NCBI GenBank assembly: GCA_947630675.1
Contig: CANRIN010000004.1
Coordinates: 2,545 to 66,544 of the forward strand
DNA length: 64,000 nucleotides
From: an uncultured Clostridia bacterium
GTDB taxonomy: Bacteria > Bacillota > Clostridia > Oscillospirales > JAAYOS01
Reading direction: 5' to 3'
Shown here: in pieces, positions 63,073 through 64,000 of the stretch
How positions within the stretch are numbered: the first letter of the stretch is position 1
Layout: each line of letters begins with the position of its first letter
The notes under the pieces: generated by a model
What the model was told of the DNA's origin: nothing
The model's input: the letters and a program-made list of their open reading frames with translations, nothing else
Database searches by the model: none
Translations under genes and position numbers: made by a program

Positions 63073-63567
63073 CTACCTGCCTGTACGTTCGATAAAGCTT
63101 CCCACAAGCCTTGCGGTCTCGGTCAGTCCCGTAAGATCCTCCCCGTCAAACATCCCGGTAGAGGGGCTGTCTATGTCGATAACGCCAAACAGCTCTCCCG
63201 CCGCGTAAATCGGTACGACTATCTCGGAGGAGGATGCCGCGTCACAGGCGATGTGGTTTGTACACTTATGTACATCCTCAACTATCTGCGCGCGGTTTTC
63301 CGCGACCGCCGTCCCGCAGACCCCGGAGCCCGGCTCTATCCTCACGACTGCGGGCTTTCCCTGAAACGGCCCGAGTATCAACACACCGCCCTTCATAAGG
63401 TAGAAGCCCGCCCAGTTGGTGTCGCGGAGCTCCATTTTCAGCAGTGCGGAGATATTTGCGAGAACGGCGCAGACGTCGTCCGTTTCGGCAATTATCTTTT
63501 CGACATTCTCGTTGATGTAGCCGTATGTTTCGCACTTGGTTTCAAATTCCCTGTATTCTATATCCAT
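63073..63567 (-). CDS. msrC: GAF-domain free methionine-(R)-sulfoxide reductase
   Basis: 164 aa. WAGFYL, GPFQGKPA, and HIACDAASSSEIVVP match the fRMsr/YebR family. It lies adjacent to msrA. Confidence 0.8.
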   Translation of the reverse strand: MDIEYREFETKCETYGYINENVEKIIAETDDVCAVLANISALLKMELRDTNWAGFYLMKGGVLILGPFQGKPAVVRIEPGSGVCGTAVAENRAQIVEDVHKCTNHIACDAASSSEIVVPIYAAGELFGVIDIDSPSTGMFDGEDLTGLTETARLVGSFIERTGR

Positions 63568-63576
63568 GTTTTTACC

Positions 63577-64000
63577 TCAGTCAAAGTGTATGTGGCAGTA
63601 GCCGCCGGGATTCTTCTCGAGATATTTCTGGTGGTACTCCTCGGCAGGGTAGAAGTTCTCGAGAGGCTTCAGCTCCACGGCAAGTGGTTTGTCATACCCG
63701 CCCGCGAGCTCGGACAGCATCCTCGCTGCGGTTTTCTCATCCGACGGGTCTGTGTAATATATCCCCGTGCGGTACTGTATGCCGAAATCCTCGCCCTGGT
63801 GGTTGACGGCGGTGGGGTCTATGACGGCAAAGTACCGCTGAAGCAGCGTCTCGAGCGGGAGCACATCCGGGTCGTACTTCACGTATACTGTCTCGGCGTG
63901 GCCGGTGTGCTCATGCTTGACCTGTTCATAGGTGGGATTCGGCGTGGGACCGTTCGCATATCCCACGGTAGTTTCCACCACGCCGGGAATGAGGTCGAAG
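63577..64000 (-). CDS. msrA: Peptide-methionine (S)-S-oxide reductase (5' end lies beyond the window)
   Basis: GVVETTVGYANG, HAETVYVKYDP, QGEDFGIQYRTGIYY, and AEEYHQKYLEKNP. The frame stays open to nt 64000, so the N-terminal GCFW active site is outside the window. Confidence 0.85.
   Translation of the reverse strand, partial: FDLIPGVVETTVGYANGPTPNPTYEQVKHEHTGHAETVYVKYDPDVLPLETLLQRYFAVIDPTAVNHQGEDFGIQYRTGIYYTDPSDEKTAARMLSELAGGYDKPLAVELKPLENFYPAEEYHQKYLEKNPGGYCHIHFD

Overview
GC-rich chromosomal core region of an endospore-forming Firmicute, by gene content and composition probably a Clostridia or Oscillospiraceae-like anaerobe (inference). Genes are tightly packed and many overlap by start/stop codons. 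No transposase, integrase, phage, CRISPR, tRNA or rRNA genes are visible. Gene order, left to right: blaI plus a blaR1-like M56 sensor protease; a transglutaminase-like lipoprotein; a GNAT gene flanked by two candidate micro-ORFs; an FG-GAP lipoprotein with an OmpR/histidine-kinase pair; DUF1385-prmC; recA-recX-rimO-pgsA-cysS-polA; ywlE-rimI-tsaD; thiN and a GNAT (minus strand); spoIIGA-sigE; lon-engB; an SLH-GH18 hydrolase and yunB (minus strand); DUF421-DUF4363; ligA; the full spoIIIAA-AH operon; asp23-nusB-(Kae1-like)-xseA-xseB-ispA-yuiD-like; a roughly 630-nt structured non-coding RNA; a 4-TM protein; dxs-tlyA-nadK-argR-recN; an 8-kb block (dapB-dapA-asd on the minus strand, then SpoIID-like, queA and alpha-galactosidase); MBL hydrolase, SDR epimerase, cytidylate-kinase-like, msrC and a partial msrA (all minus strand). 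Main hunt results: (1) The ORF-free, helix-dense gap at about 44.03-44.66 kb, with the membrane protein after it, matches the published genomic context of OLE RNA and its partner OapA. This is a large ribonucleoprotein locus that ORF-based annotation would miss. (2) Two diverged copies of a roughly 0.55-0.6 kb hairpin-rich non-coding element lie in inverted orientation at 51.09-51.66 kb and 59.75-60.35 kb. They show compensatory stem substitutions and bracket the dap/asd/queA/aga block exactly where the usual recN-downstream synteny ends. (3) A separate hairpin array with a roughly 99-nt tandem duplication lies at 5.48-5.73 kb. (4) Two promoter/RBS/terminator-equipped micro-ORFs are present. 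(5) The BlaR1-like protease carries a roughly 685-aa Asp-box (BNR) extracytoplasmic domain instead of a penicillin-binding sensor. The many long antisense ORFs in the six-frame track are GC-driven shadow ORFs and were rejected. All homology calls come from motif recognition by eye; no database search was run.
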